DNA from: Octopus bimaculoides
Lineage: Eukaryota
Length of the DNA stretch: 64,000 bases
Direction: 5' to 3'
Assembly (NCBI RefSeq): GCF_001194135.2
Contig: NC_068981.1
Span: 96,559,582 to 96,623,581 of the forward strand
The notes under the pieces were generated by a model, which saw only the letters and a program-made list of their open reading frames with translations, did not search any database and was not told where the DNA came from. Shown one piece after another: positions 53,286-64,000 of this stretch. Position 1 is the first letter of the stretch. Each line of letters begins with the position of its first letter. Both the position numbers and the translations under genes were made by a program.

Positions 53286-54600
53286 AGCCTGCCGTCTCTC
53301 TCCTCAACTCTCGCTTGCCTCCGTAGTTTCCAGATCTTTCCAAAAACTTTTAAAGGACTCTTGGATTTCTCAAGATGTCTTCTCCCCTCCTCCCCAGCAA
53401 TTAGTAAATCCTCTCCGGTCAAGAGAGTGCACCGTCACGTGTTTTTCTCGTCACGACTTGCTTTGTCTTTGTCTTTTTTTTTTTTTTTTTACCGACGGAG
53501 TAAGTTGTGCAATCAATATTCACGTTCGAATCACTGATATAAACATAAAAAGACTTGTTTAAGGCAAATATCGACTGAAGTAATTGTAATGATAGGAATG
53601 ACAATAAACTCACGTCGCGTTGTGATCTGATGTTATAATGAAATAAGGCTACTGATGCATTAGGTTATCGATGTGCATCTATTATGGCCTCTGCTGCTTA
53701 CTCCAGAATGCAGACGCTATATATTTGTAACAAGAAAAACACATGTAGAAGGAGCACGTGAAAAGATGGAAAAGAATACACAAAATACAGAATGCTAGGT
53801 CTTCCTAGCAGGACAAGTTGGATGGGCTGATTTTGTCTTCTAAGTGTGAAACAATCACACTGATTTCCTTTTTTTCTTTTACTTCTTTTTTGTTTTTATT
53901 CTCCTGATTTTAACACATTTTATGTCGATCGGCAAACTACCGATTGCATTTATACGACTAAAGAAGCTATGTAGGATTTGCTCATTCATACGACATATTT
54001 CAGAAGATACGACATACCATCAGTTCAAACGTAAATGGGGTGGGAAGTATTCAACATCCGATGTACTATTTCATGAGATTTTAAATTTACATTAGTGTCT
54101 AGTATTTCCTTTCATTTCTTATTTCCACGATTCATCTATTAACATAACACTTTTTTTTCCTAGATGAATACGATTTGTATAATCCAGTCTATAAGCATGT
54201 GGCCTGTAAGGTGCGTCCCACTCCCACTTCTCGGGTATATAGATATATATCTCAAGTGCCAAAAATGAGTATCCTTCGTGGCTGTATATGTTTTTGTATT
54301 CATGTAATTTGTATAGATTTTCTTCGATTATGATGTATATCTGTATTATTTCATGTCTAGCAATGTTATATGGTCTTATGAGAGACAATGTATCATGGCG
54401 GCAGCACATCAAAACATGACAGAACACCGATGACGCTGCGAACACGTGGAGCAATGATAGACAACTCTTACCGGATCGACCAATGCTACTACCCTGATGT
54501 GTACAATCGGCAACCTTATTGTCCAATCATAGCAGCTTGTTTTGACGTCATCACCATGGAGCTTGCGGATGCCCCGCCTTCACCACGTTGGTAAAAATCA
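53286..54600 (-). promoter_or_regulatory. Putative MNT 5'UTR/promoter region
   Basis: CpG-richer, repeat-free region upstream of the ATG. Contains CACGTG at 53436, 53755 and 54443, YY1-like ATGGCGGC at 54395, CCAAT at 54523, a full CRE TGACGTCA at 54543 and a GC box at 54571. TSS not determinable from sequence. Confidence 0.6.
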
Positions 54601-55177
54601 CATGGCTGCTTCTACGTGCTTGTTGAGCAGGACTGTTTTTCAGCCATAAGAAACTAAACATTCGATACCGCTATTTCTATGTTCAGTCGATTTTTTTTCG
54701 AGAATTGTTCCCGAATAAAATCATATTATCCTCTGAAAGCATTTGACGCGATTTCAATGCATGACGTTCAACTTTTCTGAATGTGTTGTTTATTATTAGC
54801 CTATCTACCATGTGTTTCCTTTATTTATCTCTCTCTCTTTCTTTCTCTCTCATTAAATAGGTGTGTATGTACGTATTTTACTTTCTAAGCTGATCTCTTA
54901 AGAGCTAGTTGGTTATAGGAACGCGCTTCTAGATACTCATATATTTAAATATATTTCCACAACATTTCAATAATTCCACTTAATTTAATGTTCATATGAT
55001 CTACAATAAGTAACAATAGAAATGTATGACCCATGACAACAATCGAAGGATACTCATTTTGCAATGTAAATAATCTTAATATACAAATTTGATCTACCAT
55101 CGAATAATACTAACGCAGTTTCAACATAACTTCTGAACAATACACTCACACACACATATATATATTATACACACACA

Positions 55178-55238
<61 letters not shown>

Positions 55239-55604
55239 TATATCCGCTGCCTATGTATATATACACATATACGTATATCTGTGATTGTGTGCGTGTTATA
55301 TGCGCATGTGTGTAACACACACACATATATTGTGTCTGTACAAATATACATACGTATAATGTATATATATCATAGATACATTACATAGTATAAAAAGACA
55401 ACAGATATGTATACATTACTACTACTACTTTTATCGACAGAATTTAGAGTAAATCAAGGGCCTAGAATCTCATACATTGGTACTTTATATATATATGTAT
55501 ACTATTTGCAATATAAAACACACATACACACATAATACAGATATATCTTATCTTTTACTTGTTTCAGTTATTAGACTGCGGCAATATACACATATTTATA
55601 TACA

Positions 55605-55795
55605 TGTGATGGTGTAGCAAAAAGTTTGCTTCCCAACCACCTGTTTTGGGGTTCAATCTCACTGCGTGACACCTTTGGCAAGTGTCTTCTATTATAGCTT
55701 CGAGCCGACCAATGCATTGTGAGTGGATTTAGTTGACAGATACTGAAAGAAGCCCGTCCTAAATATATATATATATATATATATAAGAAATACAC

Positions 55796-55863
<68 letters not shown>

Positions 55864-56095
55864 GGGCGGGGTATGTGTGTTTTTGTATTTGTCACCCTAC
55901 CAACACTTGACAACCAGTATTGGTTTGTTTACGTCTCTGTTACTTAGCGGTTCGGCAAAAATAAAACCGATAGAATAAGTATCAAGCTTTAAGAGAGTAA
56001 TTAGTGGAGTTGATTTTGTTCCACTAAACCCCTTCGAGATAATGTCCCAACATGACCGCAGTCTAATGACGATAACAAGCGAAAGATAAAAGAAA
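55605..56095 (+). mobile_element. tRNA-derived SINE, main family, with expanded central (TA)n
   Basis: Head at 55605-55760, (TA)-rich centre at 55762-55860, tail to gaaagataaaagaaaag. Confidence 0.85.
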
Positions 56096-56594
56096 AGCAT
56101 GCGCACGCACGCACACACACATACATTTATACACAGGTAAATAAAATATGAAAATGCAAACAACAAAAGGACGTAAACAGTGAATGTACTAACTTGATGC
56201 TCAGTTTAAGATGGAAAAAAGAGGTAGTGGAACACTTTGAGCATGGCTCTTCATCAGAAAGAGGAAAGGTCAGGAGGAAAGGAAAAGAATAGTCCAAGAA
56301 AAATATGTGTGTGGGTACTAGAGCATAACTTGTTTTGTGACATCATATAGGAAATGAACACACATTTTCAAAAGGAAAATATTTATTACTTTAAAATAAA
56401 ATAAAATAAAATGGACTTCTTTGTATAACTCCTTCCATAATTACTGTTATTTAATCTTTTTCCTGAATCTCTATGGTTCTTTCTCTTTCGCTGGTACTCA
56501 TTACCTGTTTTCAAGCCTAGTATGTACACATATCCTGCACCTCTTGCAGTAAATTTTTTTGTATCATTCTTTCACTCTCTCATCTCTTTCTCAT

Positions 56595-56815
56595 TTCTTT
56601 ATTGCTCACAAGGGGCTAAACATAGAGGGGACAAACAAGGACAGACAAAGGGATTAAGTCGATTACATCGACCCCAGTGCGTAACTGGTACTTAATTTAT
56701 CGACCCCGGAAGGATGAAAGGCAAAGTCGACCTTGGCAGAATTTGAACTCAGAACGTAAAGACAGGCGAGATGCTTCGCTAAGCATTTCGCCCGTCGTGC
56801 TAACGTTTCTGCTAG
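56595..56815 (-). mobile_element. Third SINE family (core cgactttgcctttcatcctt.cggggtcgataaa)
   Basis: tRNA-like head with gagttcaaattc B box, conserved core and tail gccccttgtgagcaataaagaaat. Partial copies at about 4315-4450, 7610-7760, 8580-8670, 20895-21040 and 57495-57620. Confidence 0.75.
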
Positions 56816-58011
56816 TTTCTCTTTCTATAGAACATCAAGTGTGACTGGAGACTCAAGCAACTAACATTTATATTGGCTATTATATCTACCTTCCACACAC
56901 ACAGGTCTGTCCTTTCAGGTACTGGTGCCTCATAAAAAGCACCCATATCAGTGCTGCGTAAACACACTTGTGCCAGTGACATGTAAAAAGCACCCAGCAC
57001 ATTCTGCTAAGTGGTTGGCTTTAGAAAGGGCATCCAGCCATAGAAGCCATGCCACAACAGACAATTAGAGTCTGGATAGCTCCATCCATGTCAAACCATC
57101 CAACCCATGCCAGAATGGAAAACAGACATTAAACAATGATGATGCTATATATGTATGTCTGGTTTGGCACCAGTAACGTTCCAATTCACTTCTACAGCTG
57201 AGTGAACTGAAGCAATGTAAAATAAAGTCTTTCTCAACACACAGCCTTGTCCAGGAATCAAACTCGCAACCTAATAATTGCAATCCCAACACTCTGACCA
57301 CTGAACCATGCACCTTTGCCTTTCCCTTGAACAACATCAGTGATATGGAGAGAGAGGAGACTGGTATGCTTGGGTGACAACTGGTCTTCTACAAAAGGTA
57401 CAAAGTCCAGTATTTAAGACCTTAGTAATTAAGTGTGTCAACTTTTATTTCACAAAAGAATGTGGGTGGGTGGTAAGTTTAAGCTGGCCTTGTCTTTACT
57501 TGAAACCTTTCATCCTTTTGGGGTTGATAAATTGAGTACCAGCGAAATACTGAGGCCGATGTAATCGACTAGCCCCCACCCCAAAATTTCAGACCTTGTG
57601 CCTATAGTAGAAAGGGTTATTATTTAAGGTTTTTACTAAATCAAAGTACCACCAAAAAAGAATGGTTCAATTAGTCCTTTTGATAATAAGCTGCACCATA
57701 CTGTAATTCCTGATAAATTAACATGATGTTCCTCCTTAATATGCAACTTCTAAGGTTCCCAGTAGGCGTAATTGTGGTGGTTATCTTTATCTTTTAAATG
57801 TTTCTGTCATTAGACTTGGGTCATGCAGGGACACCACTTTGAAGAATTTTTAGTCAAATGGATGGGCCAGTGCTTTTTTTTTTTTCTTTTTAAGCCTAGT
57901 ACTTATTCTAATAATTTGTCTTACCAAACTGCTAAGTTATGGGGATGCAAACACACCAACACTGGTTGTCAAGCTGTGGCAGGGTACAAACATAGATGCA
58001 CATGCACACAC

Positions 58012-58058
<47 letters not shown>

Positions 58059-58204
58059 TTGGGCTTCTTTCAGTTGCCATCTACCAAATCTACTCACAAG
58101 GCTTTGGTCAACCTGAGGCGAAGAAGACCCAAGGTGTCACACAATGGGACTGAACCTGGAACCATGTGGTTGAGAAGCAAATTTCTAACCACACAGCCAT
58201 GTCT

Positions 58205-58780
58205 GGACCTTGGGTAATTGAGCTATTAACTTAAATGTTACCTCATCAATTCAAACAGTCTTTGTTGAAAAGTATGCATCTTCTTTCTACACATCTTCCC
58301 AAGTACCACTTGAAACATTTCATTTTTTGGTGCAGATTATCTTCATTGAGAGCATGGACTTTTCTTGGAATGTAACGTTTCCAATCATAGCACTTCAAAA
58401 TGTTAGTCTTGCTTCATTTTGAAATTCCTGTTTCATGTCTCGCTTGCAATACAGATTTTCTTGGACTCTGGCAATATGTTTTAGAACCCTTTCTTGCTTT
58501 ATGGGGCTCGTTGATGTTTGCTGCCTTCTAGAATGTTTCTTGAGGACATTCTGAACAATTCCATCTGCTTTAAAATTATCTCTAATTCAACTGGTGATAA
58601 GTTGCAGAAGTGGATTTGTTTTGAAACTCCTTCCCTTTACTGCCTTGCACTTCAAATGCATTTCAAAACTTGCAGTAGCACTTTAGGATGAATTGCCTTT
58701 GTTCAAAGCTTAGTCTGGTTCCCTTCATTATTTCTAATTTGCTTTGATTAATTCTAAAAAGAATTAAGCGAGTTATCACC
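58205..58780 (-). mobile_element. Decayed Tc1/mariner transposase N-terminal half (rosa-like)
   Basis: Manual minus-strand translation: MKGTRLSFEQRQFILKCY...QSPRKSV...ETGISK...YIPRKVHALNEDN...IDEVTFKL, with stops and frameshifts. Confidence 0.72.
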
Positions 58781-59467
58781 TAATAAAGTGTGTGTGTGTG
58801 TGTGTGTGTAACAGTGGGGAGTCAAAGAAAAAGTAGCACTCAATACATACTAGGAATTGTAGATATTTAATAACAGTTTGACTCACCTCCACATTTCTCA
58901 AAGTTTTCTAAGTGTAGATGAGTGACTACATCCTCAATATATGAAGCAGAGAATGGAGATTTTTAACATAGCTTCTAAGTAAGAATATTTGGTTGCTTCC
59001 ATTGGTCCATAATTAAGCAACAGCAAATAATTTCATTTATGGCAGGCACATGTGTGGCTGTGTGGTAAGAAGCTTACTTTTTGAACTACATGGTCTCGGG
59101 TCCAGTCCCACTACATGGTGTCATGGGCAAGTATCACCTACTATTGTCCCAGGCCAACCAAACACTTGTAAGTAGATTTTGTAGACAGAAACTGAAAGAA
59201 ACCTGTCATGTGTGTGCGTGTGTGTATTCTTTTATTCTTTTACTTGTTTCAGTCATTTTGACTGCAGCCATGCTGGAGCACCACCTTGAAGGGTTTTAGT
59301 CAAACAAATCAACCCCAGGACTAATTTTTTAAACCTAGTTCTTATTCTATCAGTCTCTTTTGCTGAGCTGCTAAGTAATGGTGATGTAAACACACCAACA
59401 CAGGTGGTAAAGTAGTGATGGGTGGACAAACACAGACACAAGTCAATAGTAGTTGTAGCAAATACCG

Positions 59468-59630
59468 GAACCCTGGATGGGGTATCACTTGGCTTGTCCA
59501 TCAATAAAGAGTGCAGCTATCTGCATGAACTGATGCAAACTGCAGGACACAGTGAATATTGACACCTCGAATGCACATTGCAGCTTCAGGATCCCATTGT
59601 TCTGGGATCCTGTCCAGTCGAGAGGCGGTC
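59468..59630 (+). pseudogene. 5.8S rRNA pseudogene
   Basis: aaccctggatggggtatcacttggcttgtccatcaataaagagtgcagct...tgcaggacac...gacacctcgaatgcacattgcagc is colinear with the metazoan 5.8S consensus, with many CG to TG/CA changes. Confidence 0.88.
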
Positions 59631-60186
59631 ACAACACAAAAACGCCATCTGTCACTGCTGTTGGCGGTGGCAGGGAGTCGAGAATTGCAGAAAGGGTATG
59701 TTGGGGTTAGCAGAAGGAAAAGAAAAAGGTGACAGACAGTACCATCCAGACTGCTCGCAGCTGTGGCCCTTCCTTCTTTCTTCTTGCAGTTCAATTAGTG
59801 TGTGCCGCTCAATCCTCTGTCTCCTGCCATGCCAGACCGTCATTGTTAGGACATCCGCATGCCTCGAAGTGTGGTAGACACATAATGGAGCACAACAGAT
59901 GCACCAAGGAACAGCGAGGCTACATGCACAGATGACAATAAATGAAAGTGACAGAAGCCCCGCACAGTACCGCCCAAAAGTGCTCCTGCCCTCTGTTAGT
60001 GCCTGCCACTTGGTTGTTTTGTCCTCTCCTCTCTTTTCCTTCCTGTTGTCTCCCTTCCATGGCCGCTGCCAACCTAGCCACTGCCGTTGGTTGGCATTTG
60101 TTCTGTGGATCTCTGTGCGAGCATTTCTGCTCGCTGAGGGAGCGGTGGTAGCCGCATGCTTCAAACCGTTAATTGCAAACAATGCT
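59631..60186 (+). other. ITS2-derived spacer of the rDNA pseudogene
   Basis: GC-rich ~555 bp lying exactly between the 5.8S-like and 28S-like segments; identified by position. Confidence 0.75.
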
Positions 60187-62178
60187 GCTCTCAACTCAAA
60201 CGAGACTACCTGCCAAACTTAAGCATATCACTAAGTGGAGGAAAAGAAACCAACCAGGATTTTGTAAATAACAGCAAGTAAACTGGGAGAAGCCCAACGC
60301 TGTATCTTGTCGGCCACGCCGGTCATCAAGAGCTAAGACACAAGGGTCATGCACAGTTGATTGATTCACCTGGCTAGGCTCAGAGTCCCCTCAATTAGGG
60401 CTACCCAGAGCAGGTGCCAGGCCCATTTAGAGCAGGCGGTGATAGGTGGTATACTTCAGTCCGAGAGTCGTGTTGCTAGGGAATACAGCCCAAAGTGGGT
60501 GGTCAGTGCCATCCAAGGCTAAATATGGGGACGAGTCCAATAGCCAACAAGTACCATGAGAGAAAGTTGAAAACAACTCTGGAGAGAGAGTTCAAGAGAC
60601 TATGAAAACACCCAGGGGTAAACAGGTAGAACCACTCACTGTGGGGCACCGATATCGCACACACTTTCCCTCTGATCCGTCATTACAACCTGTTCCTGTT
60701 GGGCCGGCAGGCACATAGCATCCGCAGGTCGCAGGGCAGTGCCCCACTACTGCCAGCTTCGGCCAGCCGACCAGCAGCTGGAATAATGCACTTCTCTCAA
60801 CCAGGCTCGTCACTCCATGAAAGCACAGGCACAGCTAACCGACGGAGACAGGCTAATGAACCTCGTCTGCAGCAAGCATGACACAGTGAGTCAACTGCAA
60901 ATTGTTGAAGCCTTTCACTTTGCAAACTCTGACAGTACAGCAAAAGCGAGAACATGACATGTCATTGCACGCATCAGTCAGCATGGCACCTATGGGCATT
61001 GGCAGTGTGCAGGGCACCTCAAAGCATCATTCCCAGCTAAGTTCCATGCATTCATGTTCCTGTTCTGACTCAGGTGTAGCAGCCGACCAGAGACCTGAAA
61101 CATGGCAATCAACACCCAGTCGAGATAAAGCTAGAGGAAACTCTGGTGGAAGTCCAAAACGCTTCTGACATGCAAATCGATTGCTGGAACCGGGTGTAGG
61201 GGTGAAAGACCAATCAGGCTATCTAGTAGCTGGTTCCCTCTGAAGTTCCCCTGAGGACAGCTGGCATTAGTGGGAGAATGACACACAATTCCGTCTGGTA
61301 AAGCAAACAACTGGAGGCCCCGGGGACAATGATGGCCTCAATCTACTCTCGAACTCAGAATGAGTGAAACGGGCTGCTCCTCTCCCGATCAGAAGTGGTG
61401 GTATATTGTAGCCATTGTGACGCGACAAATGCACAGTACCAAGTGGGACACTTTTAGTAAGCAGAACCGAAGATATGGGATGAACTAAACGTCCAGCTAA
61501 GGTGCCCTATGCTCTGCCCATTAGATCCCTGAAAGGATGTCAGTCAATATAGACAGCAGGATGGTGGCCACAAAAGTCAGAATCCACTCAGGTGGGTGTA
61601 ACAACTTACCTGCCATTTCGACCAGCCACGAAAATGGATGGTGCTGGAGCAAGTGACCGATGCTGGATTGGCTGGGTGACAGGTTGCGCAGTCGCTGGCG
61701 AGGTGACTTTCTGATGCCCAGTTGAGTAGGAGGGCACCATGATGTACATGCAAGCCACAGGCGTGAGCCCAGGTATAGCCAACCACGGGTGTAGATCTCG
61801 ATGGTAGTAGCAAATATTCGAATGAGACCTTTGTAGACCGAAGTGGAGAGAGGTTCTGTTGCCAATGGTGGTCAAGCACAGGTCAGTCGGTCCTAAGAAG
61901 CAGGTGAAAACTTGCACGAAAGGCAGTGGAACTGTCATTGAATCGAAAGGAAATCAAGTTAATATTCCTGAAACCGAATTTGGCATTCCCGAAACCAAAC
62001 ACAGCGCATTCCTAGCAGTGTATCTGTTGTCGAAGCTGGTGTCCGGGTGAAGCAGAGGCAATGCAAGCGAGACCAGAGATGTTGTTGGGCACCCCGGAAA
62101 GAGTTCTCTCTTCTTCGTGAAGGACCATGCCTGTGGAATCGGCTTGTCCAGAGATACGGATATGGCATCTGTAGAGCG
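60187..62178 (+). pseudogene. 28S rRNA pseudogene, 5' ~2 kb (D1 to just past D7)
   Basis: Degenerate universal LSU cores in order: actacctgccaaacttaagcatatcactaagtggaggaaaagaaac (60206), aagtaccatgagagaaagttgaaaa (60550), gaggaaactctggtgga...tctagtagctggttccctc (61134-61240), acaacttacctgcc...aaaatggatggtgctg (61601), cgaaaggaaatcaagttaatattcc (61944). Truncated into a (CA/TA) microsatellite. Confidence 0.93.
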
Positions 62179-62231
62179 CACATATATACATATGTGTATC
62201 ACACACATATATGTGTGTGCGTGTGTATTTA

Positions 62232-62419
62232 CAGGGTGGCCCAAAAGTAGGTTTACAGTTATAACATAGGCACTTCAAATATCTTTTAAAACATTACAAT
62301 TAACTAAATTAGCACAGAATAATGGTTTCATATTTTTTAATAATTAAGATCTAAACTGTTAATATATGAATGCAAAAGAGATAGTTGAATAACTGTAAAC
62401 CTACTTTTGGGCCACCCTG
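62232..62419. mobile_element. Tc1/mariner-type MITE (188 bp)
   Basis: 31-bp perfect TIR cagggtggcccaaaagtaggtttacagttat; left TA flank, right flank TG within a microsatellite. Confidence 0.88.
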
Positions 62420-62424
62420 TGTGC

Positions 62425-62465
<41 letters not shown>

Positions 62466-63289
62466 TATACATATGACTGGCTTCCTTTTTCAGTTTACGT
62501 CTACCAAATCCACTCACAAGGCTCTGGTCGGTCCAAGGCTATATGTGGTTAGGAAGCAAGCTTCTTACTATACAGCCACAACTGCACCTTTGTGTGTATG
62601 TATGTGTGTGCATGTATGTGTAAGTGTGTGTGTTACTGTGTCCTTGATTTGACTTCATGCGACAGTTGTAAGCAAGTGTCACCATCATGCAAGTGGTATC
62701 CTTTGCTTCCAATCTTCCAAAACAAGTTTGGCAAATATTATCAGACTCATGCTAGCATGGAAATGTGGGCGTTAAATGATGATGAAGATGGTCCCATATG
62801 CTAAAAAAGACAATCTAGTGTTGCTAGAGAAGAGACTTATGAAACATGTGTAATATCATCATCATTTTTGTCTTCGTTTCTTAGTTACCATGGTTTGGAT
62901 GGCTCCTTTCTTATACAGTGTGTAACTAATTGATGTGTTGTCATTTTTTATGTGAGGTACAATATCCTGAGACCAGCTTTTGCCACTTCTCCCCATGTCT
63001 TTCTTGGCCTTCTACTTGTACCTAGATTTATCTATCCCTTCATATGTATCACACACAGATATATATATGTATGTGTGTGTATACATATCACAAGGTTCTT
63101 TTAGTTTCCGTCTACCAAATCCACTCACAAGGCTTTAGTTGGGATCAAAGCTATAGTAGAAGACACTTTCCCAAGGTGCCATGCAGTGAGACTGAACCTG
63201 GAACCATGTGGTTAGGAAGCAAGCCTCTACCACTTCTTCCTATATCTTTCTTAGCCTTCCAGTTGTACCTAGATTTATCTCTCTCCTCA

Positions 63290-63535
63290 TATGTATCACA
63301 TGTCCAAGAGAGCATGCTTGCTTCATTTCTCTTCAACCTTTACACATCTGTGTTTAGTGCCCCCGTTTCACTATCATGTATAATCACACTTCACACACAA
63401 CTAACAACCTACCTTTCACTTGAAGAGAGACTTTCCCTTGTTGTCAGCAGAAGCAGAAGAATCCCTAAACATTGTACACCCTGCCTTATTCTGGTTATTA
63501 TGCTTTCAAGGCACCCACCTCCACTGCCCTGGATA
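63290..63535 (-). mobile_element. RTE LINE ORF-end fragment
   Basis: RNEASMLSWTC...VEEK...IQGSGGGCLESITRI segment homologous to 24960-25210. Confidence 0.6.
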
Positions 63536-63643
63536 TAGACACTATCAACTGCTTCTTTTGAAACTTCCAAACATTGAAAAGAAAATAGTTTAGCAGTTCT
63601 CTAACTGCTAACTATTACTGTACATTTGGCATATTCAATGTCT

Positions 63644-64000
63644 TACCCGGTGCAAGCTATGGACACATAAGAGGTGCAGCAACATCAAAGGCAGGTTAAC
63701 TAGGAAGTTAGTTTTTGTTTGTGGCAGATGTGCAGGTGCAATAAAAACTGTAAACAAACAGGAAACAACTTCTATCTCATTCCAGGGTGAAAAACTAGAG
63801 GTAATCGATAGCTTCCGCTATCTGGGCGACCAAGTTAGTAGTGGGGGTGGGTGCGCTGAAAGTGTAGCTGCTAGAATAAGAATAGCCTGGGCAAAGTTTA
63901 GAGAGCTCTTACCCCTGCTGGCGACAAAGGGACTCTCACTCAGAGTAAAAGGCAGACTGTATGACGCATGTATACGAACAGCCATGCTACATGGCAGTGA
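63644..64000 (+). mobile_element. RTE LINE fragment running off the window end
   Basis: High identity to 24570-24920 (ctagaataagaatagcctgggcaaagtt...gccatgctacatggcagtga). Confidence 0.9.

Noticed and set aside
59501-62278. Cluster of 60-180 aa ORFs on both strands
   Set aside because: Chance open frames in GC-rich rDNA-derived sequence.

Overview
AT-rich, microsatellite- and transposon-dense eukaryotic scaffold segment with four N gaps. The SINE/RTE/mariner repertoire strongly suggests an octopus (coleoid cephalopod) genome; this is inferred from repeat recognition, not from a search. One host gene can be built by hand on the minus strand: MNT (Max-binding bHLH-Zip repressor). Its four GT-AG exons (53219-53285, 48793-48979, 41799-41840, 29518-29629) splice in frame to MSLETLLAAADYVEWKSRAKARGEDIDQAKFNFYEQIQTS(P)12(S)6VSSPPHIDNANKSPGSEDKADKRRAGGAGTREVHNKLEKNRRAHMKECFDGLRNQIPPSEDKKNSNLSILRSALRYIQ. 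I could not find the leucine-zipper or C-terminal exons in the window. The rest is mostly decayed RTE and CR1-group LINEs, Tc1/mariner copies, MITEs and tRNA-derived SINEs. About 6 kb upstream of the MNT start is a 2.7-kb rDNA pseudogene (5.8S-ITS2-5' half of 28S) lodged inside a SINE. The most unusual items are: (1) a 1.2-kb insertion with a 16-bp TSD that encodes only a Gag/ORF1-like peptide (partial zinc knuckle, SV40-type NLS) and no RT; (2) a perfect-TIR MITE with back-to-back telomere repeats at its centre; (3) the pre-rRNA-like pseudogene; (4) a 150-bp hairpin around a tRNA-like Pol III unit in MNT intron 3; and (5) a CACGTG cluster at the MNT promoter. Almost all ORFs in the supplied track are repeat-derived or chance frames.
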